Positions 36,035-48,489 of a DNA stretch of 54,461 nucleotides are shown here, in pieces. The first letter of the stretch is position 1. Every line of letters starts with the position of its first letter. The DNA is taken from NCBI RefSeq assembly GCF_001194135.2, contig NC_068985.1:10235541-10290001 (forward strand), written 5' to 3'. This DNA is from Octopus bimaculoides. Its lineage: Eukaryota. The notes below the pieces were generated by a model. It saw only the letters and a list, made by a program, of their open reading frames with translations, searched no databases and was not told the DNA's origin. The position numbers and the translations under genes are program-made.

Positions 36035-36170
36035 CGTCAGCTAAGAATTTAGATTCATCGCACGCTTAACTTTGTCTCTCATCCTTCCGCTATCGATAAA
36101 ATAGATTTCTTTAGCCTGTATAATTGATTGTTCCTCTTGCACAAAATTTCTGGCCTTATGGCCTATATTA
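36035..36170 (+). mobile_element. Degenerate SINE family D
   Basis: ctaagaatttagattcatcgcacgcttaactttgtctctcatccttccgctatcgataaaatag...aaatttctggccttatggcc. Confidence 0.5.
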
Positions 36171-37083
36171 GACATGATTAACCATACTGTAAATCCTCTT
36201 TTAATGATTATTGCTAAAATAAACACAAACACAAGAGTAGGAATTTGATTGGGAAGGATATATAGTCCATTACATGAATGCAATACGAGACAATTTATTA
36301 TTATTTTTTCCACTTAGGATAAAAAGCAAAGTTAAAAGCTCAAAAGAATTTGAATGCAAAACATAAAGAGACATAATTAAATAGATTAAAAGACATTTTG
36401 TCAGGCTTTCTATCGGTTCTGCCATCCATCAGTCTGCTATTTTAAAATAATGGTTCCTAATAGTGTCACAAAATCAAAACTTTTCCTGTAGCAACCATTA
36501 TAATAAATTGAGCGCAATTTATAGCTAATATTTTATGATATCGATCCGGGGATGTGTGGTTAAAATCAGAATTGACTTTGAGTGGGATTTGAATTTCAAT
36601 CTTAAATGGACCTAAGTAATTAGCACAAATTTTTTCCTTTTTTTTTTTCATGCGAAGCGCTTCTTATTCTGTCAGTACACGTCTTTGCTCCTTTTAGATA
36701 TTTAAATATACTTTTTGTCTGCAAAAGCGACAAAAGGCTGTGATTTAGTTTGTCATTTAGATTAGACTCTTGCTCGAGTCATTTAACTCCATTTACTGCA
36801 AATCCAAGGGAGGTGAAAATGCTATTTAATTCTAAAAGATATATAACGTTAATTGGTTTAACCTTCTTATAATTCAATCTTGTTTTTATATATATTTCTA
36901 ATACTATTTTTGCTATTTTGATTTTTGTTTATAAAAACTTTTCAAAATGGGGAGAAAAATTCGAAGGATTGCTTTGGTCCAATGCTAGAACACCTGTCAT
37001 TTTTACAGATGTGGGTTTGCGTCACGCGGAAAAAGTTCAACATTTTCTCTCCCAAGAGTTTTAAGCCCAATATTTACATGCAA

Positions 37084-37640
37084 TCATCATCATTATCATA
37101 ATTTAACGCCCGTCTGTCAAGCTGGCATGGATGAGACGGTTTGACAGGAGCTGGCAAGCCGGGGTGCCGAACCAGGTTCCATTGTCTGTATTGGCATGGT
37201 TTTTGAGGTCGGATGCCCTTCCTAATGCCAACCATATTAAAGAACGTTTTTTTATTTTCTTTTATGCGCCCTTTTAAAGACTAGCCAGGCTCATGGGCCC
37301 GGTTTCTATGGCGTACGTGTTCCCACCAACTAGACGGGACGCCAGTCCATCGCAGCGTTACTCAAGAAACAGGAAGAAAGAGTGAGAGAAAATTGTGGCG
37401 AAAGAGTACAACAGCGTCTCCACCACCCCCTGCCAGAGCCACGTGGAACTTTTAGGTGTTTTCGCTCAATAAACACACACAACGCCTGGTCTGGGAATCG
37501 AAACTGCGAACCTCCGACCTCGAGTCCGTTGCCCTAACCACTGGGCCATTGCGACTCCACATTAAAGAACGTACTAGATGCTTATTATATGGCACCAACA
37601 CTGGTACGTTTACGTGGCACCAATAACAGTGCAAGATGAA
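37084..37640 (-). mobile_element. Repeat family E (LINE/SINE 3' end with an (ATG)n tail) interrupted by a family A SINE
   Basis: catcatcat...tttaacgccc...gctggcatgg...ggatgcccttcctaatgccaacca, continuing after 37561; a 12-bp TSD surrounds the insert. Confidence 0.6.
37248..37560 (-). mobile_element. SINE with head i and an alternative 3' module; full length with a 12-bp TSD
   Basis: The first about 190 nt match 31252-31430, then it switches to gtaacgctgcgatggactggcgtcccgtc...gccatagaaaccgggccc...aaaagggcgcataaaa. TSD attaaagaacgt at 37236-37247 and 37561-37572. Confidence 0.9.
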
Positions 37641-37751
37641 GACGTGTATGTGTTAGAATACATACACACACACACGTATATATATATTAGAGAAATATGA
37701 TTATAACATGGCATGGAGCAATGTAAAGGCAATGATATTTAATTGTTCAGG

Positions 37752-37961
37752 CGTTGTTGTTGTTGTTGGCACTCCGTCGCTTACGACGACCAGGGTTCCA
37801 GTTGATCCGATCAGCGGAACAGTCTGCTCGTGAAATTAACGTGCAAGTGGCTGAGCACTCCACAGACACGTGTACCCTTAATGTAGTTCTCAGGTATATT
37901 CAGCGTGACACAGTGTGACAAGGCTGACCCTTTGAATTACAGGCACAACAGAAAAAGGAAG
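37752..37961 (-). mobile_element. SINE family A tail with an (AAC)n end
   Basis: Reverse complement of tail A. Confidence 0.9.
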
Positions 37962-38862
37962 TTGCTTCCATAACACGCTTAATTGGGTTTAATTAGCCGG
38001 TGCTGCTACTCGNNNNNNNNNNNNNNNNNNNNNNNNNNNNNNNNNNNNNNNNNNNNNNNNNNNNNNNNNNNNNNNNNNNNNNNNNNNNNNNNNNNNNNNN
38101 NNNNNNNNNNNNNNNNNNNNNNNNNNNNNNNNNNNNNNNNNNNNNNNNNNNNNNNNNNNNNNNNNNNNNNNNNNNNNNNNNNNNNNNNNNNNNNNNNNNN
38201 NNNNNNNNNNNNNNNNNNNNNNNNNNNNNNNNNNNNNNNNNNNNNNNNNNNNNNNNNNNNNNNNNNNNNNNNNNNNNNNNNNNNNNNNNNNNNNNNNNNN
38301 NNNNNNNNNNNNNNNNNNNNNNNNNNNNNNNNNNNNNNNNNNNNNNNNNNNNNNNNNNNNNNNNNNNNNNNNNNNNNNNNNNNNNNNNNNNNNNNNNNNN
38401 NNNNNNNNNNNNNNNNNNNNNNNNNNNNNNNNNNNNNNNNNNNNNNNNNNNNNNNNNNNNNNNNNNNNNNNNNNNNNNNNNNNNNNNNNNNNNNNNNNNN
38501 NNNNNNNNNNNNNNNNNNNNNNNNNNNNNNNNNNNNNNNNNNNNNNNNNNNNNNNNNNNNNNNNNNNNNNNNNNNNNNNNNNNNNNNNNNNNNNNNNNNN
38601 NNNNNNNNNNNNNNNNNNNNNNNNNNNNNNNNNNNNNNNNNNNNNNNNNNNNNNNNNNNNNNNNNNNNNNNNNNNNNNNNNNNNNNNNNNNNNNNNNNNN
38701 NNNNNNNNNNNNNNNNNNNNNNNNNNNNNNNNNNNNNNNNNNNNNNNNNNNNNNNNNNNNNNNNNNNNNNNNNNNNNNNNNNNNNNNNNNNNNNNNNNNN
38801 NNNNNNNNNNNNNNNNNNNNNNNNNNNNNNNNNNNNNNNNNNNNNNNNNNNNNNNNNNNNNN

Positions 38863-38898
<36 letters not shown>

Positions 38899-38951
38899 GT
38901 AATACGTACGTACATACATATATACATACATACATACATACATACATACAC

Positions 38952-38982
<31 letters not shown>

Positions 38983-39116
38983 TACATGCATACATACATA
39001 TAGAAATATAGAAATTGCACCTCTTCTCTCTCTCTCTGGTGTTTCTCTGGGTATATACGTACTCACAAATACATTATATATTTTATATAATTGTGTATGT
39101 ATATATATTATATAAT

Positions 39117-39172
<56 letters not shown>

Positions 39173-40107
39173 TATATATATATATATTAGTTACATCATA
39201 TTTATGACTATCTACTACGAGTTTCAACGTTAAAAAAGAATTTATAAATATATATATGTGTATATATATATATATATATATANNNNNNNNNNNNNNNNNN
39301 NNNNNNNNNNNNNNNNNNNNNNNNNNNNNNNNNNNNNNNNNNNNNNNNNNNNNNNNNNNNNNNNNNNNNNNNNNNNNNNNNNNNNNNNNNNNNNNNNNNN
39401 NNNNNNNNNNNNNNNNNNNNNNNNNNNNNNNNNNNNNNNNNNNNNNNNNNNNNNNNNNNNNNNNNNNNNNNNNNNNNNNNNNNNNNNNNNNNNNNNNNNN
39501 NNNNNNNNNNNNNNNNNNNNNNNNNNNNNNNNNNNNNNNNNNNNNNNNNNNNNNNNNNNNNNNNNNNNNNNNNNNNNNNNNNNNNNNNNNNNNNNNNNNN
39601 NNNNNNNNNNNNNNNNNNNNNNNNNNNNNNNNNNNNNNNNNNNNNNNNNNNNNNNNNNNNNNNNNNNNNNNNNNNNNNNNNNNNNNNNNNNNNNNNNNNN
39701 NNNNNNNNNNNNNNNNNNNNNNNNNNNNNNNNNNNNNNNNNNNNNNNNNNNNNNNNNNNNNNNNNNNNNNNNNNNNNNNNNNNNNNNNNNNNNNNNNNNN
39801 NNNNNNNNNNNNNNNNNNNNNNNNNNNNNNNNNNNNNNNNNNNNNNNNNNNNNNNNNNNNNNNNNNNNNNNNNNNNNNNNNNNNNNNNNNNNNNNNNNNN
39901 NNNNNNNNNNNNNNNNNNNNNNNNNNNNNNNNNNNNNNNNNNNNNNNNNNNNNNNNNNNNNNNNNNNNNNNNNNNNNNNNNNNNNNNNNNNNNNNNNNNN
40001 NNNNNNNNNNNNNNNNNNNNNNNNNNNNNNNNNNNNNNNNNNNNNNNNNNNNNNNNNNNNNNNNNNNNNNNNNNNNNNNNNNNNNNNNNNNNNNNNNNNN
40101 NNNNNNN

Positions 40108-40108
40108 G

Positions 40109-40139
<31 letters not shown>

Positions 40140-40560
40140 AGGGAGAGAAAGATTGAGCGAGAGAAACAGAGACAGATAGGTAGAGAGATATAGACAGAGA
40201 GAAAGAGCGAGAGAAGATTGAGAGACAGAAAGAAAGAGTGGTAGGTTTGAAATACGAAAAATGGTAAGAAAAGCGAGGGGAAGAGGAGACAAAGGAGAGA
40301 GAGAGAGAGAGAGAGAGGGGAGAAGAAATCGAGAGAGAGGAAAGTTTTGGGGAGGGAGAGAGAGAGAGAGAGTAGGAGTAAGAAATGGGGAAGGGAGAGA
40401 CACAAACAGAGAACGAGGGAAAGACAGAGAAAGGAAGATAAGAGAGTGAGATACGATGGAGAAGGAGGGAGAGAGAGGCGATGGTGAGGGAGAGAGAGTT
40501 GGTGAGGGAGGAAGAGAGAGAGAGAGAGAGACGATGAGGGAGGGAAAGAGAGAGAGAAAT
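40108..40560. repeat. (GA)n / purine-rich tract
   Basis: Direct reading. Confidence 0.9.
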
Positions 40561-41643
40561 TGAGACGTGTGAGTAAAAATCTTTCGGTTCTCTCTGACGT
40601 AATTGGAACTTTAGTGACCGTCTGAAAGTGAAAGCATTCATGTTGGCCTTCACTTTCGTGTCCGACGCGCTCAAGACCCTACTTATGCGTTGTTCATCTG
40701 ATATGCATGTAGGAATTCGCGTGTAGGTGTGTTTCCGCGTGTTTATTGAGTATATACATCTATATATTTAATACATCACTAAAGGCGGTGACTTGCTGTA
40801 GAACAATTCAACGCAGACACTGGACACCTGCACGTTGGATTATTCTACAAATAGCTTAATTACAGGTTGACGTTTAAAGGGGATATAATTTTCGTTTTAT
40901 TTCTTTTCTTTTTGTTATGTCTCAAGCTACTGCTATCTAGCACCTTCGGATGATCTCTACTCAACCGCTACACGACGGCTACTCAACTCCCTACCACGGC
41001 CAAACTACCTTTATTTATATGTCTTGGGCGATCCTACTTCTTCGATCGGGGGCGTCGACACAACACCTTTCCATTTTTGCTCCTCTTTCCTCTATTTGCA
41101 TTTACATTCTTCTCGTTAATTTCGCTCACAGATTTTAAAATTATATTCTCTTAAACAAGAAGTTTGAAACTTCGTAATATCTCAAGCTGAACACGGTTTA
41201 CTTTCAACATTTTTGACAAAACTTCGTAGTTTAGAAGCTATTTCGTGTTAAAGTTGTCGTATTCGGGCAATTTTAACCAATCAACGTTCTGTATTCAGAT
41301 GAAGAAAACTACTGCTCTATGCGATAGTAATCGAAGAGAAACAACGACCGGGTCATTTCTACTAAATGTCACCATCCTGCTCTATTTTATTTTAGTTTAC
41401 TGCCTGAGTCGCTTATTACACGCTTGATTTTTTTTATTTTTGGCTTTTCGATTACCTCATTGTTCTCGTGATTTGTCTTGTACAAGCGTCCTGAGTTGTG
41501 AATTGAATAGATCATGTGTCCAGAGACTGCCTGGAGACACAAGGCAGGTTATAAAATCCTGCTTTGATCCGCGTCTCTAAAGCAAGAAACTATTTGTAAC
41601 TTGTATCTTTATACTATGTTAATATGTACTTTAATACACCCCC

Positions 41644-41695
<52 letters not shown>

Positions 41696-41753
41696 CGTGT
41701 GCGTGTGCGTGTGCGTGTGTGTGCATATATATGTGTGTGTCTANNNNNNNNNN

Positions 41754-41784
<31 letters not shown>

Positions 41785-42343
41785 GTACGGAAAGAAGATT
41801 TTTTCTGCAGGAGTTAAGATGGAGAAAAGAAGCTTTTTAGAAAGTCGAAAGACACTAACTTTTGGGAAGAGATTTCACAAAATGTGTGTGGTTTTTGCTT
41901 TTATAAATGTGCAAACGCCTTGAGTCCTTAACATTTTCAAGCACGTGTTATTATATATAGTGAAAGTTGTCTTCAGTAAAATTGTTGTTGACTATTTCCG
42001 GTTTAGTTTCGGACTCAGAAATCTTATGAAATATTCTTCTTTTGCCTACCGGAGAAGGTTGTTCTCTTCATTTATTTTATGAAGAGGGAAAATTGTGAAT
42101 TTTCCTCGTGCACAGGTGTCCGAATGATCGCTACATGGTATGTATCTAAGTCCGGGATGTTTTATTTACACGGTGGGTTAATTTTGTTTTTGTTTCCCCA
42201 ATATAATGTTCTTTGCATTGTGGGTATGTGATACAATATATCAGGAATTTTGCATTTACAGTTCATATTTGCATTCACCTTTAATTATTTTCCGTTTTTG
42301 AATCACATGTCCCACTTCGGGGGTCTCCACATTTGGTAACTTG

Positions 42344-42394
<51 letters not shown>

Positions 42395-42559
42395 ACACCG
42401 GTGACATGAGAGAGTTATATACTCTGCTACGCCATTACAGCCACCGGAAAATACACAAAGCATACACATTAGAATATGTGTTTCCCAATATTATCATACT
42501 AGAGATGTTTTTACTTCACATGTAAATTTTTTCTTAGGTACGCAATTTCCGGGCATACC

Positions 42560-42735
42560 AGCTCAGGATTTTACGAGCCAAGCGCATATAAGTCGTTCGA
42601 CTGGGTAGCTGACTCGCTTTCAGCCAAAGCGGCTAGGTGAAGTTTATAATCCACAACAACGGCGAAGCATCGATGTCCATCACTCTCAAATGGGATTGAG
42701 GGTGAGTTATCTCGCCTGTCCATGCCTCTAAGGTG
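42560..42735 (+). mobile_element. Possible highly decayed LINE RT remnant
   Basis: AYKSFDWV (KAFDRV-like) and IHNNGEAS...*G*VISP (NG...QG.VLSP-like) occur in different frames. Confidence 0.3.
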
Positions 42736-42830
42736 TTTCGACACCGGTGACATCAAAGTTATGTACTCCGCTACGTCATTTCAACCACCAGAAATTACAA
42801 AAAGCATATACATTAGTATACCTATTTACC

Positions 42831-42867
<37 letters not shown>

Positions 42868-42998
42868 GCATAAATATATATATATAATTGAGATTCAGTT
42901 GAATTAGGTGCCTAAGTTGAAGCACCAATGCGGTATTGTCCATACAACGCGAAGATGAATAAAATGCAAATAAGCATCACCTCTTCATATCCTGTTAC

Positions 42999-43040
<42 letters not shown>

Positions 43041-44441
43041 NNNNNNNNNNNNNNNNNNNNNNNNNNNNNNNNNNNNNNNNNNNNNNNNNNNNNNNNNNNN
43101 NNNNNNNNNNNNNNNNNNNNNNNNNNNNNNNNNNNNNNNNNNNNNNNNNNNNNNNNNNNNNNNNNNNNNNNNNNNNNNNNNNNNNNNNNNNNNNNNNNNN
43201 NNNNNNNNNNNNNNNNNNNNNNNNNNNNNNNNNNNNNNNNNNNNNNNNNNNNNNNNNNNNNNNNNNNNNNNNNNNNNNNNNNNNNNNNNNNNNNNNNNNN
43301 NNNNNNNNNNNNNNNNNNNNNNNNNNNNNNNNNNNNNNNNNNNNNNNNNNNNNNNNNNNNNNNNNNNNNNNNNNNNNNNNNNNNNNNNNNNNNNNNNNNN
43401 NNNNNNNNNNNNNNNNNNNNNNNNNNNNNNNNNNNNNNNNNNNNNNNNNNNNNNNNNNNNNNNNNNNNNNNNNNNNNNNNNNNNNNNNNNNNNNNNNNNN
43501 NNNNNNNNNNNNNNNNNNNNNNNNNNNNNNNNNNNNNNNNNNNNNNNNNNNNNNNNNNNNNNNNNNNNNNNNNNNNNNNNNNNNNNNNNNNNNNNNNNNN
43601 NNNNNNNNNNNAAATTCACGAACGGTAATAATTAGGTTTATTTTCCCTGAGAAGTTTTACATATCGATATCATAACAGAAACGTGATAAAACACTATCAG
43701 AAATAAGGATTTATGATATGATGAAAGGAAAAAAAGAAGACAAAATCGAAGTCAGAATAGCGAAAAACCTGTGGTTTCCACCAAAAAAGGATGGTTAAAA
43801 TCTTATCTATATTTGACTCGACAAATTTTCGTACGATAAATTTTTATTTATGCAAATATAGAATTTTTGATGTTATATTATGTCTTTTCTTTCAAAGAAT
43901 CTTTGAATAAAAGTCCACCCGATAAGCTCGATAACGGCTTATTGGTTTATATATACACACGCAGACATATACATGCATAAATACACACATAAATATTTAC
44001 TTACATATGGGTACGCACACACACACACACACACACAAACACACACAAAAATGCAGACAGAAACAAATACACACGCAAACAATGACACATAATTGGTTGA
44101 AATTATTGTCACGATAAGCCTAAACACACCGTACAAATGCACAGAAAGGAACCACATGAACTCTATGCGTGCGCAGAAACAGACTCATACGCACTCACAC
44201 ACACACACGTAACAAACTCACACAGAGAGACACATACACACGTAACACACTCATGACAACACATACACACACATATATATATAATTTCAGAATATCGCCC
44301 ATTTAATGATTTCTATTTTATGTAATAAGTTCGTTCGTAATACTTAAATCTCTCCCTTTCTCTTTCTCTCTCACTCTCTTTCTCTATCTCTTTCTCTCTC
44401 TCTCTGACTCATTCAATGTGTCTATACATATATAGGCATAA

Positions 44442-44579
44442 GAGTGGGTGGATGGTAAAGCGCTTGCTTCCTAACCACATGCATCTGGATTCAGTCCCAA
44501 TGCACGACATCTTGGGCAAGTGTTTTCTACTCTAGCCTTGTGAGTGGATTTGGTAGACGGAAACTGGAAGAAGCCCGTC

Positions 44580-44581
<2 letters not shown>
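44442..44581 (+). mobile_element. SINE family B 5' half ending in (TA)n
   Basis: ggtaaagcgcttgcttcctaaccac...ttgggcaagtg...gagtggatttggtagacggaaactggaagaagcccgtcg. Confidence 0.85.
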
Positions 44582-44626
<45 letters not shown>

Positions 44627-45123
44627 CATACAAGCATACATGCATATATACAAACAAAAATACCCTGTCTTTGATGTNNNNNNNNNNNNNNNNNNNNNNN
44701 NNNNNNNNNNNNNNNNNNNNNNNNNNNNNNNNNNNNNNNNNNNNNNNNNNNNNNNNNNNNNNNNNNNNNNNNNNNNNNNNNNNNNNNNNNNNNNNNNNNN
44801 NNNNNNNNNNNNNNNNNNNNNNNNNNNNNNNNNNNNNNNNNNNNNNNNNNNNNNNNNNNNNNNNNNNNNNNNNNNNNNNNNNNNNNNNNNNNNNNNNNNN
44901 NNNNNNNNNNNNNNNNNNNNNNNNNNNNNNNNNNNNNNNNNNNNNNNNNNNNNNNNNNNNNNNNNNNNNNNNNNNNNNNNNNNNNNNNNNNNNNNNNNNN
45001 NNNNNNNNNNNNNNNNNNNNNNNNNNNNNNNNNNNNNNNNNNNNNNNNNNNNNNNNNNNNNNNNNNNNNNNNNNNNNNNNNNNNNNNNNNNNNNNNNNNN
45101 NNNNNNNNNNNNNNNNNNNNNNN

Positions 45124-45156
<33 letters not shown>

Positions 45157-45803
45157 CATACATGCTATATATACATATATTCATATATACATATATGCAT
45201 GCATGCATGCACGCATACATACATAAATTCACACATGTATCTATGCACATATGTATACATGCATACATGCAAATATACATAGGGAAAATCTGCTCTGGGA
45301 TAAATATACAAAAGATTCATGTTGTTGAATACGTGTACACGTAAGAACACAAAGGATATTTGCATTATCATCAAAACTTCCGCCTGGGTCTAACATAACA
45401 AACCTGATATCGTTGTTTGGGAATAAGAAGATAAGTTGTGTTGAGTGACAGAGGTCAGGTGAACTGCAGACGTGAGCGTTTCTTTCGAAATTATGGAGAA
45501 ATGGAATAATTATGGAATGTTGCTTTGAAAATTGCAGCTTCTCTACTCAGATGAAAAATTCACATTTATCCCAATAATTATTGGTTTACAATCTAAGAGA
45601 GCAGGGCTTTTCAGACAAAAGATGTGACCCTTTATCACGCAATTTGCACAAGTGGATTTGCAAATACAAGGAGTGAGCGGAATATTTTGAACATGCAAGA
45701 TTTTTCTACAGTTCAATAATTAATCCTTAATAGCTGCTGTTATTGCAATTTCTAGTGCAAGAAAAGATTGCCTTGTAGTATAAATACATGTCGGAATATT
45801 AAT

Positions 45804-45844
<41 letters not shown>

Positions 45845-46269
45845 NNNNNNNNNNNNNNNNNNNNNNNNNNNNNNNNNNNNNNNNNNNNNNNNNNNNNNNN
45901 NNNNNNNNNNNNNNNNNNNNNNNNNNNNNNNNNNNNNNNNNNNNNNNNNNNNNNNNNNNNNNNNNNNNNNNNNNNNNNNNNNNNNNNNNNNNNNNNNNNN
46001 NNNNNNNNNNNNNNNNNNNNNNNNNNNNNNNNNNNNNNNNNNNNNNNNNNNNNNNNNNNNNNNNNNNNNNNNNNNNNNNNNNNNNNNNNNNNNNNNNNNN
46101 NNNNNNNNNNNNNNNNNNNNNNNNNNNNNNNNNNNNNNNNNNNNNNNNNNNNNNNNNNNNNNNNNNNNNNNNNNNNNNNNNNNNNNNNNNNNNNNNNNNN
46201 NNNNNNNNNNNNNNNNNNNNNNNNNATATATATATATAAATATATATAATATATATATATGTATATATA

Positions 46270-46480
46270 CTTTTTTACTCTTTTACTCTTTTACCTGTTT
46301 CAGTCATTTGACTGTGGCCATGCTGGAGCACCGCCTTTAGTCGAGCAAATCGACCCCAGGACTTATCCTTTGTAAGCCTAGTACTTATTCTATCGGTGTC
46401 TTTTGCCGAACCGCTAGGTTACGGGGACGTAAACACACCACCATCGGTTGTCAAGCGATGTTGCGGGACAAACACACAAA
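46270..46480 (-). mobile_element. SINE family B 3' module
   Basis: Near-consensus reverse complement of 20640-20820. Confidence 0.9.
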
Positions 46481-46529
46481 CACAGACACACACACACACA
46501 TATATATATTAATGCGCAAATATTTTATA

Positions 46530-46690
46530 TACTTAATTGCAGCTCTTGGTGGTCGAAATCACATATGCAATCTAAATGGCTGTCTTTTCAATACATTGTC
46601 TGGTTTAAACACCCACATCAGACGCCATGATGGATCTAAGGTTAAGTGGAAGAGCTGATCAGGCTCTGCATAAGGAGTAAAGAACAGCCA
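46530..46690 (+). mobile_element. RTE-clade LINE extreme 3' end (diverged relative of 19584-19750)
   Basis: CNLNGCLFNTLSGLNTHIRRHDGSKV; at DNA level tgtctggtttaaa...ccacatcagacgccatga is shared with 19655-19687. Confidence 0.8.
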
Positions 46691-46711
46691 TATATATGTA
46701 TGTATGTAAGC

Positions 46712-46750
<39 letters not shown>

Positions 46751-46918
46751 CGTGTGTACAGATCCATAAATCAAAACAGGTATTCCTTCATGTGACAAAT
46801 ACGTACGCATGCACAAAATGCCAAACATACAAAAAACCCCACATAAATTCATACATCTATATGTAATAAGCTAAAATAAACATATAATAAATGTACAAAC
46901 GGGAAACAGACGCAAATG

Positions 46919-47457
46919 CTCATCAGTTATAAGCCAGAGGCTCAAACGGAATGTTGTGCCATCCCTCCTACTACTAACACGTGACCTGTGCTCATCGTCA
47001 TATTTGATTCTCTGTTCGTTTTGACGTCCACAGCCGAAGCGACTAAATCGTGTCTTCTCTCACCTTCCACTTTCGGCACGTTTCGCTGTCTCTTTGTGGT
47101 CCTTTAAGATATTCTTCCTGGCTTTAACCATATTTCGCCTGTCTTCTCTCTGGCCCTAAAGTCGCATTCTGTTTATTTATTTCAGTTTGTTCATATGTCC
47201 ACATTTCGTCTTTGTACCTCGTCCGTTCACTAATGCTCTCGTCTTGAATCACATGTATTTCATATTTGTATGTTCACTTTCTGTATTGCACATTTGTTTA
47301 TCTCTTGTTTGTTTGTTCACTTTCTGTTATGTTTGGTTCCTTGTTCGTTGGCTCGCCATTTCCCGGTGGCTTCTTGCTGCCGATGATACCAGAAGGGGAT
47401 CATATTATCGCTGAAGACCCGAAATTGCGTATGACCCTCTGGCCGATAACTGATGAG
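46919..47457 (+). mobile_element. 540-bp element with 22-bp terminal inverted repeats and a hammerhead-like core near the right end
   Basis: ctcatcagttataagccagagg (46919-46940) versus cctctggccgataactgatgag (47436-47457), 2 mismatches. CTGAAGA-ccc-GAAA at 47411-47424; abuts (TA)n. Confidence 0.6.
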
Positions 47458-48352
47458 AATTATATATATATATATATATNNNNNNNNNNNNNNNNNNNNN
47501 NNNNNNNNNNNNNNNNNNNNNNNNNNNNNNNNNNNNNNNNNNNNNNNNNNNNNNNNNNNNNNNNNNNNNNNNNNNNNNNNNNNNNNNNNNNNNNNNNNNN
47601 NNNNNNNNNNNNNNNNNNNNNNNNNNNNNTATATAAAAGATAAGAATACTTAAGAGCAACTTAATACCTTAATACTATTTTAAACCAAATGAAAGAGTTT
47701 TCTTTCGGAAGAGTCTTCTTTTGTGTTAAAAAATTCAAAGCCTAGAAAAAAAAGACGGAAAACCATTCGTAATATATATGTAAATATGGCGCCTACACGC
47801 ACTCACGTGACCAGAATAAAACACATAGCCACACACACAGACAACATGCACATACCTGATGATCTTAAGGATATTCATTTATTACATTCATTGCCGTGTT
47901 TGGGTTCAGTAATATTGCAAAAGCTTTTCATTACCAATTAAGATCTGCTCTTTTGAACATGTTTATTTGAATCAATGGGAATTCAATAGGCTCTCCATGT
48001 GAACATATACATATATATGTATACTTCTGTCAGTAAGCGTGTATATGTGTAAGCATTCGCATGTTCGTGTGTTTGCGAGATCGTGCGTGTAATGTATGTG
48101 AACGTGTGAGTATTTGAGTGAACAATCTTGAATATGCAAACTAAACTCATTATTAACACTCATTCATTCCTTATTGTGCCTTTAATGAATGGTTCCATCA
48201 ATCGTAATTGATAAACTAATCATAAAATTCGCAGTAATTAATTTCATGTTCTTAAATCATATAAGATCCCATATTAAGCGTATTCTCGTTTGTGATGTAG
48301 TTCAGAGTTGAAAAGAGAACAAGAAACAAAAGTTTAGCTTTAGTGTTTGCAT

Positions 48353-48428
<76 letters not shown>

Positions 48429-48489
48429 GCACACAAACTCACGTATACACACACACACACAAACACACGTATATACATTATGTGTACGC

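Noticed and set aside
36041-36313. 90-aa minus ORF
   Set aside because: Half of it is the antisense of a degenerate family D SINE; no protein signal.
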